A stretch of DNA of 64,000 bases. Origin: an uncultured Candidatus Poseidoniales archaeon (lineage in GTDB: Archaea; Thermoplasmatota; Poseidoniia; Poseidoniales; Thalassarchaeaceae). This document shows, piece after piece, positions 38,537 to 47,557 of the stretch; the first letter of the stretch is position 1, and the number at the start of each line of letters is the position of its first letter. The notes under the pieces are model-generated. The model worked only from the letters and a program-made list of their open reading frames with translations. It was not told the DNA's origin and made no database searches. The stretch lies in the NCBI GenBank assembly GCA_902530535.1, contig CACAAP010000001.1, forward strand, positions 3,160 through 67,159, given 5' to 3'. Made by a program: the position numbers and the translations under genes.

Positions 38537-39312
38537 CTCGACCCACCCTGCCTCTCCTGATCCAATGCATAGTTCAAAACTGAGTCCCAATCGTATACGT
38601 ACTGCAGTGGATCTACTCTTCCTATGGCGTGGAATGCTAGAATTCTTTCAACATCAGCACCGGATCTGCCAGAGCTCCTACCATTTGTGTCTGGATTGTA
38701 CGATGTGTTAGTGTTGGAGAAGACAATGTCGAAATCTAACCCTAGTGAGGTACAGGATTCCAAAGCGTCCTGAAGAATAATCGTCTTGTCAAAAGAGATG
38801 TATGGGAGATGGAAAGAAACGCGGTCGCTGTCCCAGTTTCCAATAGAGAATGCCCTCTCCAGAGACTGGTAAAATTCGGGTCTGCAATCGGGATATATTT
38901 CGTGATCGCCACTATGCACACCTAGGACAATCCTAACTTGGCAGTTCTCAGAAATAGCAGTACTTAGAGCCCGAGCGTATAGTATCGATGAGAAAATAGC
39001 ATTCCTATTTGGGACTACTGTCTGCTTCATTTGCTCGGATTCATAATGCCCCTCTGGAACAACTATGTCTTCGCTAGTCAGTGCGGAATGTAGAGACTGC
39101 ATTGCAGAGCTAAGATCTACAACAAAGTGCTCGACATCATGACCATTCTCTCTCAGATAACTTATGTTGTCTCTAGCTCGATCTATCTCAATGAGGTGCT
39201 TCTGTCCGTAGTCATAGGAAATGCAAGTGATATCATCTCCTTCTGCAATCATCCTCAATAGAAGCGCTGTGCTGTCCATGCCACCAGACAGCGACATTAC
39301 CGACCTATTCAT
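38533..39312 (-). CDS. queC: 7-cyano-7-deazaguanine synthase (Cys-less Zn-site variant)
   Basis: SLSGGMDS, FDYGQ-like SYDYGQKH, TVVPNRNAIF, HSGDH.IYPDCRPEF. Confidence 0.92.
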   Translation of the reverse strand: MNRSVMSLSGGMDSTALLLRMIAEGDDITCISYDYGQKHLIEIDRARDNISYLRENGHDVEHFVVDLSSAMQSLHSALTSEDIVVPEGHYESEQMKQTVVPNRNAIFSSILYARALSTAISENCQVRIVLGVHSGDHEIYPDCRPEFYQSLERAFSIGNWDSDRVSFHLPYISFDKTIILQDALESCTSLGLDFDIVFSNTNTSYNPDTNGRSSGRSGADVERILAFHAIGRVDPLQYVYDWDSVLNYALDQERQGGSR

Positions 39313-39929
39313 AGTACTCCCATCCACTTATGTGTCTGGAGGCTCAATCGCCAACCAGGACTATCCTTGACCAGTCGCTCTACTATCTGGAAACTCTTGC
39401 CATTTGCCTCAATCGATTCATCCTCGACATAGCAAGGCTGGATATAGAGATGGGTGAAGCCTTTCTTCAATTCATCATACGAAGCCAAGTCTTGTCCGCA
39501 ATATACTACTTTAAGCTCATCACCAGTTCTCTGCTTTAGCGATATATTCGGATATAATTGATCCTTGGGACTAACACATATCCAGTCTACTATAGGGTCG
39601 ACCGGAATTGTTCCATTGGTCTCAATTGAGATGTTGATCCCGTGTTCTTTCAGCCTCTTACCAATGACTGAAAGATCCTGCATCGCAGGCTCCCCACCAG
39701 TGAATATCACTCTGTCGCAGTCGTAGCTCAGTACCTCTTCGATAATCGAATCGATGTCCATATCTTCGAAGGTCATGAAGTCTGTATCGCACCACTCACA
39801 TCTAAGATTACAATTTCCGAATCTGATGAAGACATGCGGAATGCCCGTATGAAACCCTTCTCCTTGAACAGAGTGGAAAATCTCGACGATTGGATATTTT
39901 TGCAGATAATCACCCGTGCAAATTTCCAC
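39309..39929 (-). CDS. queE: 7-carboxy-7-deazaguanine synthase (radical SAM)
   Basis: EIFHSVQGEG, CNLRCEWCDT, FTGGEP, IETNG, VSPK, RLSLQTHK. Confidence 0.94.
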   Translation of the reverse strand: MEICTGDYLQKYPIVEIFHSVQGEGFHTGIPHVFIRFGNCNLRCEWCDTDFMTFEDMDIDSIIEEVLSYDCDRVIFTGGEPAMQDLSVIGKRLKEHGINISIETNGTIPVDPIVDWICVSPKDQLYPNISLKQRTGDELKVVYCGQDLASYDELKKGFTHLYIQPCYVEDESIEANGKSFQIVERLVKDSPGWRLSLQTHKWMGVL

Positions 39930-40497
39930 TTCTGATAAGTTGTAATACCTCTGTTCTAGCCTCCTGTTTATCGAAGAAGACGCCTCGCATAGCGCTAGTT
40001 GTCATAATTGAATTCTGCTTTCTGACTCCTCTGCACTTCATGCATCCATGTTGGGCCTCCAGAATAACAGCGCAGCCAAGAGGACTGAGATTCTCAACAA
40101 TATCATCCGCAACAGATTGTGTAATTCGCTCTTGGTTTTGAAGTCTATTAGAATGCATATCAAGAAGTCTAGCTAGCTTGCTAATGCCTACTATTCTATC
40201 CAATGGAATGTATGCGATATGGCCCTTACCAGAAAATGGTTGAAGATGATGCTCACAGGTACTGTGAAACTCCATATCCCTTAGCAGGACTATCCCATCG
40301 TAGCCTTCGGCATTGAACGTAGAGTCCAGAATTTCACTGGCATCGTCTGAGTATCCGCTGAATATCTCCTCGTATGACTGGACCACTCTTTCGGGCGTAT
40401 TCTCAAGTCCTTCCCTAAGATCTGATCCACACTGTTCTATGTAGCGAACAATAGTCTCAATTGCTTCCATCGCCTCTTCTTTATCGGGTAATTTCAC
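39910..40497 (-). CDS. folE: GTP cyclohydrolase I (FolE, type IA)
   Basis: REGLENTPERV, STCEHHL, GISKLAR, RLQNQER, HGCMKCRGV. GTG start 4 nt after the SD GGAGGTGA. Confidence 0.95.
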   Translation of the reverse strand: MKLPDKEEAMEAIETIVRYIEQCGSDLREGLENTPERVVQSYEEIFSGYSDDASEILDSTFNAEGYDGIVLLRDMEFHSTCEHHLQPFSGKGHIAYIPLDRIVGISKLARLLDMHSNRLQNQERITQSVADDIVENLSPLGCAVILEAQHGCMKCRGVRKQNSIMTTSAMRGVFFDKQEARTEVLQLIRSGNLHG

Positions 40498-40501
40498 TCA
40501 T

Positions 40502-40663
40502 TCACCTCCCATGTCTTGCGTCAATTTCGTCCAACTGATCCAACATCTTCCTACATGCAGTTCTAATTGCGTCGGCTAAACTGACGAATTTCTTTGAGTC
40601 GCCGACATGATTCTTCAGATCAGAAACAATCTCGCTGGGCATGTCTAGGCTGATCTTCGGCAT
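40502..40663 (-). CDS. Ribbon-helix-helix (CopG/Arc-like) DNA-binding protein, 53 aa (not in ORF track)
   Basis: Hand translation MPKISLDMPSEIVSDLKNHVGDSKKFVSLADAIRTACRKMLDQLDEIDARHGR shows an N-terminal alternating strand plus two helices (S.ADAIR). First gene of the folE-que operon. Confidence 0.75.
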   Translation of the reverse strand: MPKISLDMPSEIVSDLKNHVGDSKKFVSLADAIRTACRKMLDQLDEIDARHGR

Positions 40664-40691
40664 GCTTGTGCGGAAAAAGGCCTAGATATAA

Positions 40692-40707
40692 TATTACTCG
40701 AGTAATA
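40692..40707. promoter_or_regulatory. Perfect 16-bp palindrome TATTACTCGAGTAATA beside a TATA-like element of the RHH-folE-que operon
   Basis: Directly visible dyad. Minus-strand TTATAT near 40686-40691 is about 25 nt upstream of the RHH ATG. Confidence 0.6.
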
Positions 40708-40715
40708 CCATAGTA

Positions 40716-41018
40716 TTATTTTCGTAGATTCTCGACCTTCTTATCCAAACCTGGGTACTTCTCCTCGAGTAGGTGAGCTCTAGATTTTAGGGCCTCTAAC
40801 TGGGAGAAAGCCTCATCTTCAGAAATTCCTTGTGAGATTAGATTCAATAGAAGTGATAATCCGCCCTGAATTGTTCCAGCATCCAGGAAAGCGTCATTGG
40901 ATATTTTGCTTGTTGCTCTAAGAACTTCAAGAGAGTCTCTGACAAAATCTCTCTGTTCCTCGATCATTCGTACGGAGGAATTGCCTAGTGATTCTATCCT
41001 GTCTAGAGTACTAATCAT
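40716..41018 (-). CDS. Hypothetical helical protein
   Basis: 100-aa ATG ORF, co-directional downstream of the epimerase. Confidence 0.65.
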   Translation of the reverse strand: MISTLDRIESLGNSSVRMIEEQRDFVRDSLEVLRATSKISNDAFLDAGTIQGGLSLLLNLISQGISEDEAFSQLEALKSRAHLLEEKYPGLDKKVENLRK

Positions 41019-41052
41019 AGTACTCCGAAATAGATTTGCTTTTTGATGATTC

Positions 41053-41460
41053 TCACTTGTTCGATTCGACGAGTTCTATCAAAACTCCGCCTGCTGAAGA
41101 AGGATGGACAAAGGCAATTCTATGGCCATCTGCACCGAGAGTTGGTGCTTCCGAGACCATTTTCACTCCAGCGCTGAGCAAACTCGAGATTGTTTCTTCT
41201 ATATCTGCTACTCTAACTGCTATTTGCTGTACTCCCGGTCCATTCTTGGAAATGTACTTCCCGACGGGGGTATCATCCCCTAATGGTTCCAATAATTCGA
41301 TTCTTGTGGAAGTATTTCCGTGCATGAATCTGATTTTGACGCCTTGCTCAGAATTTATCTGATCATCCCCCTGTGTGAATCCCAAGATAGTCCAGAGTTG
41401 TTGCGACTCATCGAGTGAGGAAGTTGCAATTCCTATATGGTCAATCATTCCGTCTGTCAT
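41053..41460 (-). CDS. mce: Methylmalonyl-CoA epimerase
   Basis: IDHIGIA, IELLEP, GVQQIAVRV, FVHPSSAGGVLIELVE. Adjacent to the mutase. Confidence 0.92.
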   Translation of the reverse strand: MTDGMIDHIGIATSSLDESQQLWTILGFTQGDDQINSEQGVKIRFMHGNTSTRIELLEPLGDDTPVGKYISKNGPGVQQIAVRVADIEETISSLLSAGVKMVSEAPTLGADGHRIAFVHPSSAGGVLIELVESNK

Positions 41461-43014
41461 TCAAACACCACTAGGCGAAACCCATGTTCCAAACTCTTCT
41501 CTGAGTACTGAGTTAATCTCTCCAACTGTAGCTTCAACCTTTACTGCACTGATTATCGGATCCATGAGATTTGAGTCACTTCTACAGCTTTCTCTAATTG
41601 ATTGCAGAGAATCGTCAACTAGAGATTGGTCCCTATTTTTCTTCATCTCTGACAATTCGGAAGCCTTTCGTAGTTCTGCATCTGTATCGAGGACCAATCC
41701 CTCAAAATCTAGATCAGCTTCATTGACATGAGAATTGACGCCAACGACGAGTTCGTCTCCATTCTCTACCCTTTGTAAATGAGTCCAAGCGCTTTCATGA
41801 ATGGCCCTCTGTTGGAAGCCAGATTTTACACATTCCATTGCACCCCCGAGTGACTCTATTTCGTTAATCATATTTCTCGAATCTTCGATTAGCGAATCTG
41901 TCATAGTCTCAATCACTATAGAACCGCCTAGGGGATCCGCATGTTCCCTGATTCCGGTCTCTTCTGCGATAATCTGCTGTGTGCGCAGGGCAATTCTAGC
42001 AGATTCTTCGGTAGGTAAACCAAGTGCTTCATCGAAGCTGTTAGTGTGTAGTGATTGAGTTCCTCCGAATACAGATGCCAGTGCCTGATATGATACTCTA
42101 ATTGCGTTGTTCATTGGCTGTTGTGCCGTGAGTGTGACTCCTGATGTTTGAGTATGAAATCTAAGTTGGGATGACTTTGGATTGGATGGTGAGAATTCGT
42201 TTTCGACCATCTCGTACCAAAGCTGTCTGGCCGCCCTAAACTTGCTTACCTCCTCTAGGAAGTTGTTATGACATGCGAAGAAGAAGGAGATTCTTGGTGC
42301 AAAATCGTCTACATCCATCCCTTTATTGATTGCCTGTCTGACATAATAAATCGCGTTTGATAATGTCATAGCAATTTCCTGAACGGCCGTACATCCTGCC
42401 TCTCTCATATGATATCCGCTAATTGAAATTGTATTCCATCTGGGGGCATTTGAGGCGCACCATGCAATTAAGTCCGTAGTCAAGCGTATGGATGGATCGG
42501 GGGGGAAAATGTACAACCCCCTAGAAATGTATTCTTTCAGGATGTCATTCTGAACTGTTCCAGAAAGATCAGAGCTTGGAATTCCCTTCTCTTCTGCCAC
42601 TGATACGTATAGGGCGAGTAGCGTAGTTGCTGGAGCATTGATTGTCATGGAGGTGGATATTGAAGACATTTCTATATCTTCGAATAGCTGCCTCATGTCG
42701 TGAATTGAGTCTATTGCAACCCCTACCTTACCAACCTCCCCTGAGGAAAGTGGGTCATCTGAGTCCAAGCCTAATTGTGTGGGTAAATCAAATGCTACTG
42801 ATAGTCCTGTTTGTCCATTTTCGAGGAGTCTTCTAAATCGAGAATTAGTCTCACTGGGTGACGAAAAACCAGCATACTGCCTCATTGTCCATAGTCTATC
42901 GGCATACATTCCAGGATGGATGCCCCTCCTATATGGTGGATCTCCTGAAGAGCCCGGATTGGAGGAATAATCAGAAGCGTCGATTGTTGACATGGATATG
43001 CCAAGTGGTGACAT
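41461..43014 (-). CDS. Methylmalonyl-CoA mutase, substrate-binding (large) subunit
   Basis: WTMRQYAGF (Tyr), GLSVAFDLPTQ, QNDILKEY..RG, HTNSFDEAL. No B12-binding domain. Start uncertain. Confidence 0.93.
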   Translation of the reverse strand: MSPLGISMSTIDASDYSSNPGSSGDPPYRRGIHPGMYADRLWTMRQYAGFSSPSETNSRFRRLLENGQTGLSVAFDLPTQLGLDSDDPLSSGEVGKVGVAIDSIHDMRQLFEDIEMSSISTSMTINAPATTLLALYVSVAEEKGIPSSDLSGTVQNDILKEYISRGLYIFPPDPSIRLTTDLIAWCASNAPRWNTISISGYHMREAGCTAVQEIAMTLSNAIYYVRQAINKGMDVDDFAPRISFFFACHNNFLEEVSKFRAARQLWYEMVENEFSPSNPKSSQLRFHTQTSGVTLTAQQPMNNAIRVSYQALASVFGGTQSLHTNSFDEALGLPTEESARIALRTQQIIAEETGIREHADPLGGSIVIETMTDSLIEDSRNMINEIESLGGAMECVKSGFQQRAIHESAWTHLQRVENGDELVVGVNSHVNEADLDFEGLVLDTDAELRKASELSEMKKNRDQSLVDDSLQSIRESCRSDSNLMDPIISAVKVEATVGEINSVLREEFGTWVSPSGV

Positions 43015-43033
43015 CCCAAGAACCATTCTCAGG

Positions 43034-43882
43034 CTACCGTCGGATTGTATAACCGTCCACGACACTCTCTAAAGATTTCATTTGGTTATCATCTATGATG
43101 CCCTCATCTAGCTTCTCCTGCAGGAAATCCTTGGCCTCCTTGGTAGTCTGCCTCTCACCTCTGGCCCATATTGTCGCTAAGAGATTTGAACGAAACTCCT
43201 CTGAGACACCAATTTCTACAAGGAGCCCTCGCATCTCATACTTGTACTCCATGTGTCTGCTTCTATCCAGTCTTCGAGCACGGTTGGCAGGCTGATATGA
43301 TGATGTCTTGCTACGGAATTTTTTCTGAGGTTTCTTAGGCTCGGTTTTAGTTTCCGATGGGCTTTTCTTGGAAATACTACTTGTTTTTTCTTTCTCTGCT
43401 GCAAGTGAGGCCCTTAGTATGCTATCTTCAATTATCTGCCTAGCCTTCAGACTTTTACCGGAGTCTTCGACCTTAGGTTCCACTTTGGTTGTAATTTCAG
43501 CAGACTTCTTTTTCGACTTCGTTGATTTTTTCTCCTGAGATATCTCTTCAACTTTTTTTACAGCCAGAATCTGGCTCTCTAGTATTGTTTCCTCAGGCTC
43601 TGTAATTTGAGGATCAGCTGATTGCTCTTCTGCCTCTACGGAATCAGTTTGTTGATCCTGCTTAACTTGCTTAATTGTAGAAGGTTTTGGCTTTGGCACG
43701 GGTTTGGGCCTAGAACCAGGTGCAGATGGGGGGGCTGCTCTTGGTGACCTAGGTTTGGGCGATTTTGGTTTAGAAATACTACCTGATTTTGCCTTAGAAG
43801 ATGTCTGTGAAGTTGCTCCGAAGATGTTCTTCGGTGCTGCCTTCTTCCTCCTTCTCCTCTGCACTGTGTAATCAACCCTCAT
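43034..43882 (-). CDS. Hypothetical protein with Lys/Pro/Ser-rich disordered N-terminus and folded C-terminal domain
   Basis: Long ORF between kae1 and the mutase gene. Confidence 0.7.
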   Translation of the reverse strand: MRVDYTVQRRRRKKAAPKNIFGATSQTSSKAKSGSISKPKSPKPRSPRAAPPSAPGSRPKPVPKPKPSTIKQVKQDQQTDSVEAEEQSADPQITEPEETILESQILAVKKVEEISQEKKSTKSKKKSAEITTKVEPKVEDSGKSLKARQIIEDSILRASLAAEKEKTSSISKKSPSETKTEPKKPQKKFRSKTSSYQPANRARRLDRSRHMEYKYEMRGLLVEIGVSEEFRSNLLATIWARGERQTTKEAKDFLQEKLDEGIIDDNQMKSLESVVDGYTIRR

Positions 43883-43921
43883 TCCACCGGCCCTAAGGAC
43901 TCTCATAAGAGTTCGCGACTA

Positions 43922-44929
43922 TCATGACCAAACTACTGCGGTGTTATCGGTTCTAAGTGATGGGTCGATTCCACTGTCCATTAGTTCTGTTTCTAATCCA
44001 CATTCAAACATTCTACGCCCCAACTCGGCAATCATAGTGCCGTTATCAATACAGTATGGCTTATCGGGCCAGAAACATTCTGCACCTCTATCTTCACACA
44101 TCATTTTACTCATTTTTCTAAGTCGCTCATTACAGGCAACTCCTCCACCGAGCAAAAGCTCATCCTTGCCCGTATGCGCTAATGCCCTCTCGGCTACTTC
44201 TACGCAAGTCGCGAATGAATGTTCCTGGAGAGACCAACAAACTTCTCCCAGGGACTTGCCCTCGGCAACTTTCTGTACCGCTGATGTAAGCATCCCCGAG
44301 AATGCCAAATCCATTCCGTGAACCCCATATGGCAATAATACATCATCGAGACTGGTATCACCTTTCTCAGAAAACTCATTTGATAATTTTTCAATTTCGG
44401 GCCCGCCCGGGAATGGGATGCCCTGAGTTCTGGCGAATTTGTCTAGCATATTTCCAATTCCAATGTCAAGTGTTTCTCCTAGAACTCTATACCTTCCGTC
44501 CGCTCTAGCGATTACTTGCGTATTCCCGCCACTGACATATAGCAAAACAGGGTCTTTGCAACCAGTTTGGTTTCTACCTACCTCTATATGAGCAACGCAG
44601 TGATTGACCCCTAATAGTGGTACAGAGAGTCTCGTAGATAGAGTTCTAGCCACAGATGCACCGACACGAAGGCATGGTCCTAAACCTGGACCTTGACTGA
44701 AGGCTACTGCAATAATTGAATCCCAAGAAAAATCTTCAGAGCTAGACAGCCTCTCTAACAATAGGGATGTGGTCTCAGAATGATGATCAGCGGCTTCTCT
44801 TGGATGTATCCCCCCCTCCTCTGGACGATAAAGGGATGAAAATGAAGGGAATAGTTCGCCAGAGGTGCTCACTCTTCCAAAAGAGAAGGTGTGGGCGGTG
44901 CTTTCTATTCCTAAAATAATGCCGTCCAC
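43922..44929 (-). CDS. kae1: tRNA N6-threonylcarbamoyltransferase Kae1/TsaD
   Basis: GIESTAHT, GGIHPREAA, GPGLGPCL, VNHCVAHIE, LYVSGGNT, DNGTMIA. Confidence 0.96.
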   Translation of the reverse strand: MDGIILGIESTAHTFSFGRVSTSGELFPSFSSLYRPEEGGIHPREAADHHSETTSLLLERLSSSEDFSWDSIIAVAFSQGPGLGPCLRVGASVARTLSTRLSVPLLGVNHCVAHIEVGRNQTGCKDPVLLYVSGGNTQVIARADGRYRVLGETLDIGIGNMLDKFARTQGIPFPGGPEIEKLSNEFSEKGDTSLDDVLLPYGVHGMDLAFSGMLTSAVQKVAEGKSLGEVCWSLQEHSFATCVEVAERALAHTGKDELLLGGGVACNERLRKMSKMMCEDRGAECFWPDKPYCIDNGTMIAELGRRMFECGLETELMDSGIDPSLRTDNTAVVWS

Positions 44930-44979
44930 GAACCCCGGACGAGCGGGAGTTCTTTCAACTATCGGAATTTGGACCCATC

Positions 44980-46278
44980 ATGAGGACTATCTTACACAAC
45001 TGTGGAGAGATAGCACACCTTTCTACTGGAGACGATGAGGACCCCCTTTCTGGGGAGAGGCTACTCGACAGAGAGTCACTGGTTCATCCTGCAGGTATGG
45101 CTATAATGATCAGTGGCGGAATTGTTCAGAAAATAGCCCCTTCCGATGAGGTTTTGTCAGAGTTTGCACCCTGGTACCGTACAAATAGCGCAAGTACGGA
45201 TGTAGAAGTGATAGATATCGGGGAGATGTCAGTAGTACCTGGTTTTGTTGACAGTCACACCCACCTGCCATGGTCTGGAGATAGGACAAACGAGCTTGCC
45301 ATGAGATTGAGGGGTAAGACATATCGGGAAATCGCCCAATCTGGAGGGGGGATAATGAAGACGGTAAGCCATACCAGAAGTACGCCTAAACGAAACCTGG
45401 TAGCTAGTGGAATATCTCGTGTGCAGGAATGTATGCGTAATGGAACGACAACCTTGGAGGCGAAGAGCGGGTATGGATTGGACTTGGATTCTGAAGTAAA
45501 ATTATTAGAGGCAATTTCTGAAATAGATCGTTCCACTGCTATAGACATAAGGGCAACATGGCTGGGTGCACATGATTTCCCCCCAGAGATGGGGAGGGAG
45601 GATTATGTTGAGCACCTAATTTCTGATCAACTACCTGTAATTTCCGAGCTCTCTCTGGCAAGATGGGTAGATGTATTCTGTGAACAAGGCTGGTTCACTA
45701 ACGAGCAGACAGAAGATATAGTCAAGGCCTCGAAGGACTATGGGATGAAATCGAGATTGCATGTGGATGAATTCGTAGATAGTGGGGGTCTCGCTCTGGC
45801 TGCTGAGCTTGGATCGGTTAGCGCTGATCACGTTGCATGTTCGAACGATGATTCTAGAGTCAGTGCAGCGGAATCCGGAACAGTGCAAACATTTCTTCCC
45901 GGAACACCCTATGTCCTGGGAAAGAGTCTAGAGTTACCGATAAAAAAGTGCATTACTGAAGATTGGCCTTTTTCCATAGCCACTGACTTTAATCCAAATT
46001 GTCCGATTACCTCACTTCCATTGATTGGAAGTTTCGTAACGCACAGATTAGGGGTTGATCCCATAGCAAGTTTAGTTGCAGTCACTAGGAACCCCGCAAC
46101 AACAATGTTTGATGAAGAGGAGCCACGAGGAGTTATATCAGAAGGAAGCATTGCAGACATGAATGTCCTCTGGTCTTCTTCTGCAGACTCATGGTGTCAG
46201 ACTCCGGGATCTTCACCTGTCAGAGATACGATCAAAAATGGCATTATTGTAAACTCGAACAAGACTTATGGATACTAA
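44980..46278 (+). CDS. hutI: Imidazolonepropionase
   Basis: PGFVDSHTH, GGGIMKTV, EAKSGYGL, DVFCE, HVDE, ATDFNP. Confidence 0.93.
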   Translation: MRTILHNCGEIAHLSTGDDEDPLSGERLLDRESLVHPAGMAIMISGGIVQKIAPSDEVLSEFAPWYRTNSASTDVEVIDIGEMSVVPGFVDSHTHLPWSGDRTNELAMRLRGKTYREIAQSGGGIMKTVSHTRSTPKRNLVASGISRVQECMRNGTTTLEAKSGYGLDLDSEVKLLEAISEIDRSTAIDIRATWLGAHDFPPEMGREDYVEHLISDQLPVISELSLARWVDVFCEQGWFTNEQTEDIVKASKDYGMKSRLHVDEFVDSGGLALAAELGSVSADHVACSNDDSRVSAAESGTVQTFLPGTPYVLGKSLELPIKKCITEDWPFSIATDFNPNCPITSLPLIGSFVTHRLGVDPIASLVAVTRNPATTMFDEEEPRGVISEGSIADMNVLWSSSADSWCQTPGSSPVRDTIKNGIIVNSNKTYGY

Positions 46279-46529
46279 CAGTGAATAATAATAATATCTA
46301 TACGACTATTCTAATAAAATCATATTTTCTAGATTCTTTCCTCAGAAAATTACGTAATCACGCAAAAATATCGCCTGATATTGTGCCGATAACATAGGTT
46401 ATCAGAATTCTTTTTTACTATATTTGCGATAATATGCTCTCAGTATAGCGATTTGTGAAAAAATATAAAATTTAACCAAATAACCCCTACTATATCAAAA
46501 ATTGAATACTTGAATGACTACCACACCAT

Positions 46530-46685
46530 ATGGCATCGGAGCATAGTGGATTCTGCATGAAATGTAAGAGCTACGTAAGAGTCTCCGGACCAGAGTTGAT
46601 CAAGATGAGTAATGGCAGAACCAGGGTTGCAGGGAGATGTTCAATTTCAGGTTGTGATGGAAGAATCTCAAAAATTGTCTCATGA
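46530..46685 (+). CDS. Small Zn-ribbon protein, DUF5679-like, 51 aa (not in ORF track)
   Basis: Hand translation MASEHSGFCMKCKSYVRVSGPELIKMSNGRTRVAGRCSISGCDGRISKIVS, with pattern FCMKC...MSNGR...G.C...C. Confidence 0.7.
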   Translation: MASEHSGFCMKCKSYVRVSGPELIKMSNGRTRVAGRCSISGCDGRISKIVS

Positions 46686-46730
46686 GGCATCAGAATCATT
46701 CTTGTGTGTGTTTCAATTCGAAGGAGAGCC

Positions 46731-46806
46731 GGGCTCGTGGTCTAGGGGTTATGACGTCGCCTTGACATGGCGAAGATCGCAGGTTCAATTCCTGCCGAGC
46801 CCACCA
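46731..46806 (+). tRNA. tRNA-Val(GAC)
   Basis: Acceptor stem gggctcg/cgagccc, anticodon arm tcgcc-ttGACat-ggcga, T arm gcagg-ttcaatt-cctgc, encoded CCA. Confidence 0.95.
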
Positions 46807-46827
46807 ATAGAATCGATACTACTAAAT

Positions 46828-47553
46828 TTATTTATCAAATTCGTATGAAATTCTCAATCTGCCCTTTCCCTTGTTCTTCTTTGAGATGAACTTCACCTTG
46901 GGTATCATAGACGTGTTAGAAGCGTGTGTTCCAGCACAGGGGCACAGATCGATATCTTCGATTTCAACGACTCTAAGGTGTGTGATTGAATCTGGAATCC
47001 TGTGCATGAACTTTGTATGCCTCATTTTCTCGTGAGACATTATTTTCTCCCTGTCCCATTCATGGATGTTCACTGGAATATTGGAATTAAGGATAGAATT
47101 TACTTCGTCGATTATGATATCCGGATCGAAAACGTCTTTGTCATCGAATAGCAGGTCTACTCTGGAGCTTTCTACTCCAATTTGGTTTCCCACGGTTTCA
47201 GCCCCCCAGATATCTTCAGATATTGCAGAGAAGATATGCTGTGCGGTGTGCATGAGCGTGAGTACATTCCTTCGATTTCGATCTATGGTGCAAATAACTT
47301 CTTGACCGTCTATGAATATGGAGGCATCGTCAACGGGATGCAGGGTCATTTCTCCTGGCAGTACCTCGTTCATGTTGCATGAATCGCCTTCTATTGATGT
47401 AATCTCCCCAGTATCTCCTGGCTGCCCACCCCCCCTTGGATAGCAGTAAGTTTCCTCCAATAGAAGAGAGTTCCCATCCTTCCCTACAATCCTGGTAGTG
47501 AATGGTGGAGGATCGGTTCCAGGATGTTGATTCATGTGCAATTTTTCTTGCAT
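46828..47553 (-). CDS. alaX: AlaX-type alanyl-tRNA editing protein
   Basis: YPRGGGQPGDTG, MHTAQH, DLCPCAGTH. Confidence 0.9.
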   Translation of the reverse strand: MQEKLHMNQHPGTDPPPFTTRIVGKDGNSLLLEETYCYPRGGGQPGDTGEITSIEGDSCNMNEVLPGEMTLHPVDDASIFIDGQEVICTIDRNRRNVLTLMHTAQHIFSAISEDIWGAETVGNQIGVESSRVDLLFDDKDVFDPDIIIDEVNSILNSNIPVNIHEWDREKIMSHEKMRHTKFMHRIPDSITHLRVVEIEDIDLCPCAGTHASNTSMIPKVKFISKKNKGKGRLRISYEFDK

Positions 47554-47557
47554 TTAT

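Noticed and set aside
37669..40497. Dpd-type DNA modification/defence island
   Set aside because: No dpdA, TGT-like, helicase or nuclease genes are nearby. The flanks are housekeeping genes, so tRNA modification and folate supply are the simpler explanation.
40481..40501. Out-of-frame ATG just before folE, suggesting a frameshift
   Set aside because: The in-frame GTG at 40497 sits at a suitable distance from the SD GGAGGTGA, so no frameshift is needed.
46731..46830. Integrated element at tRNA-Val
   Set aside because: No integrase and no duplicated tRNA 3' end were seen. alaX ends about 20 bp downstream.
46612..46848. 78-aa ORF over the tRNA
   Set aside because: It overlaps tRNA-Val and the better supported Zn-ribbon ORF.
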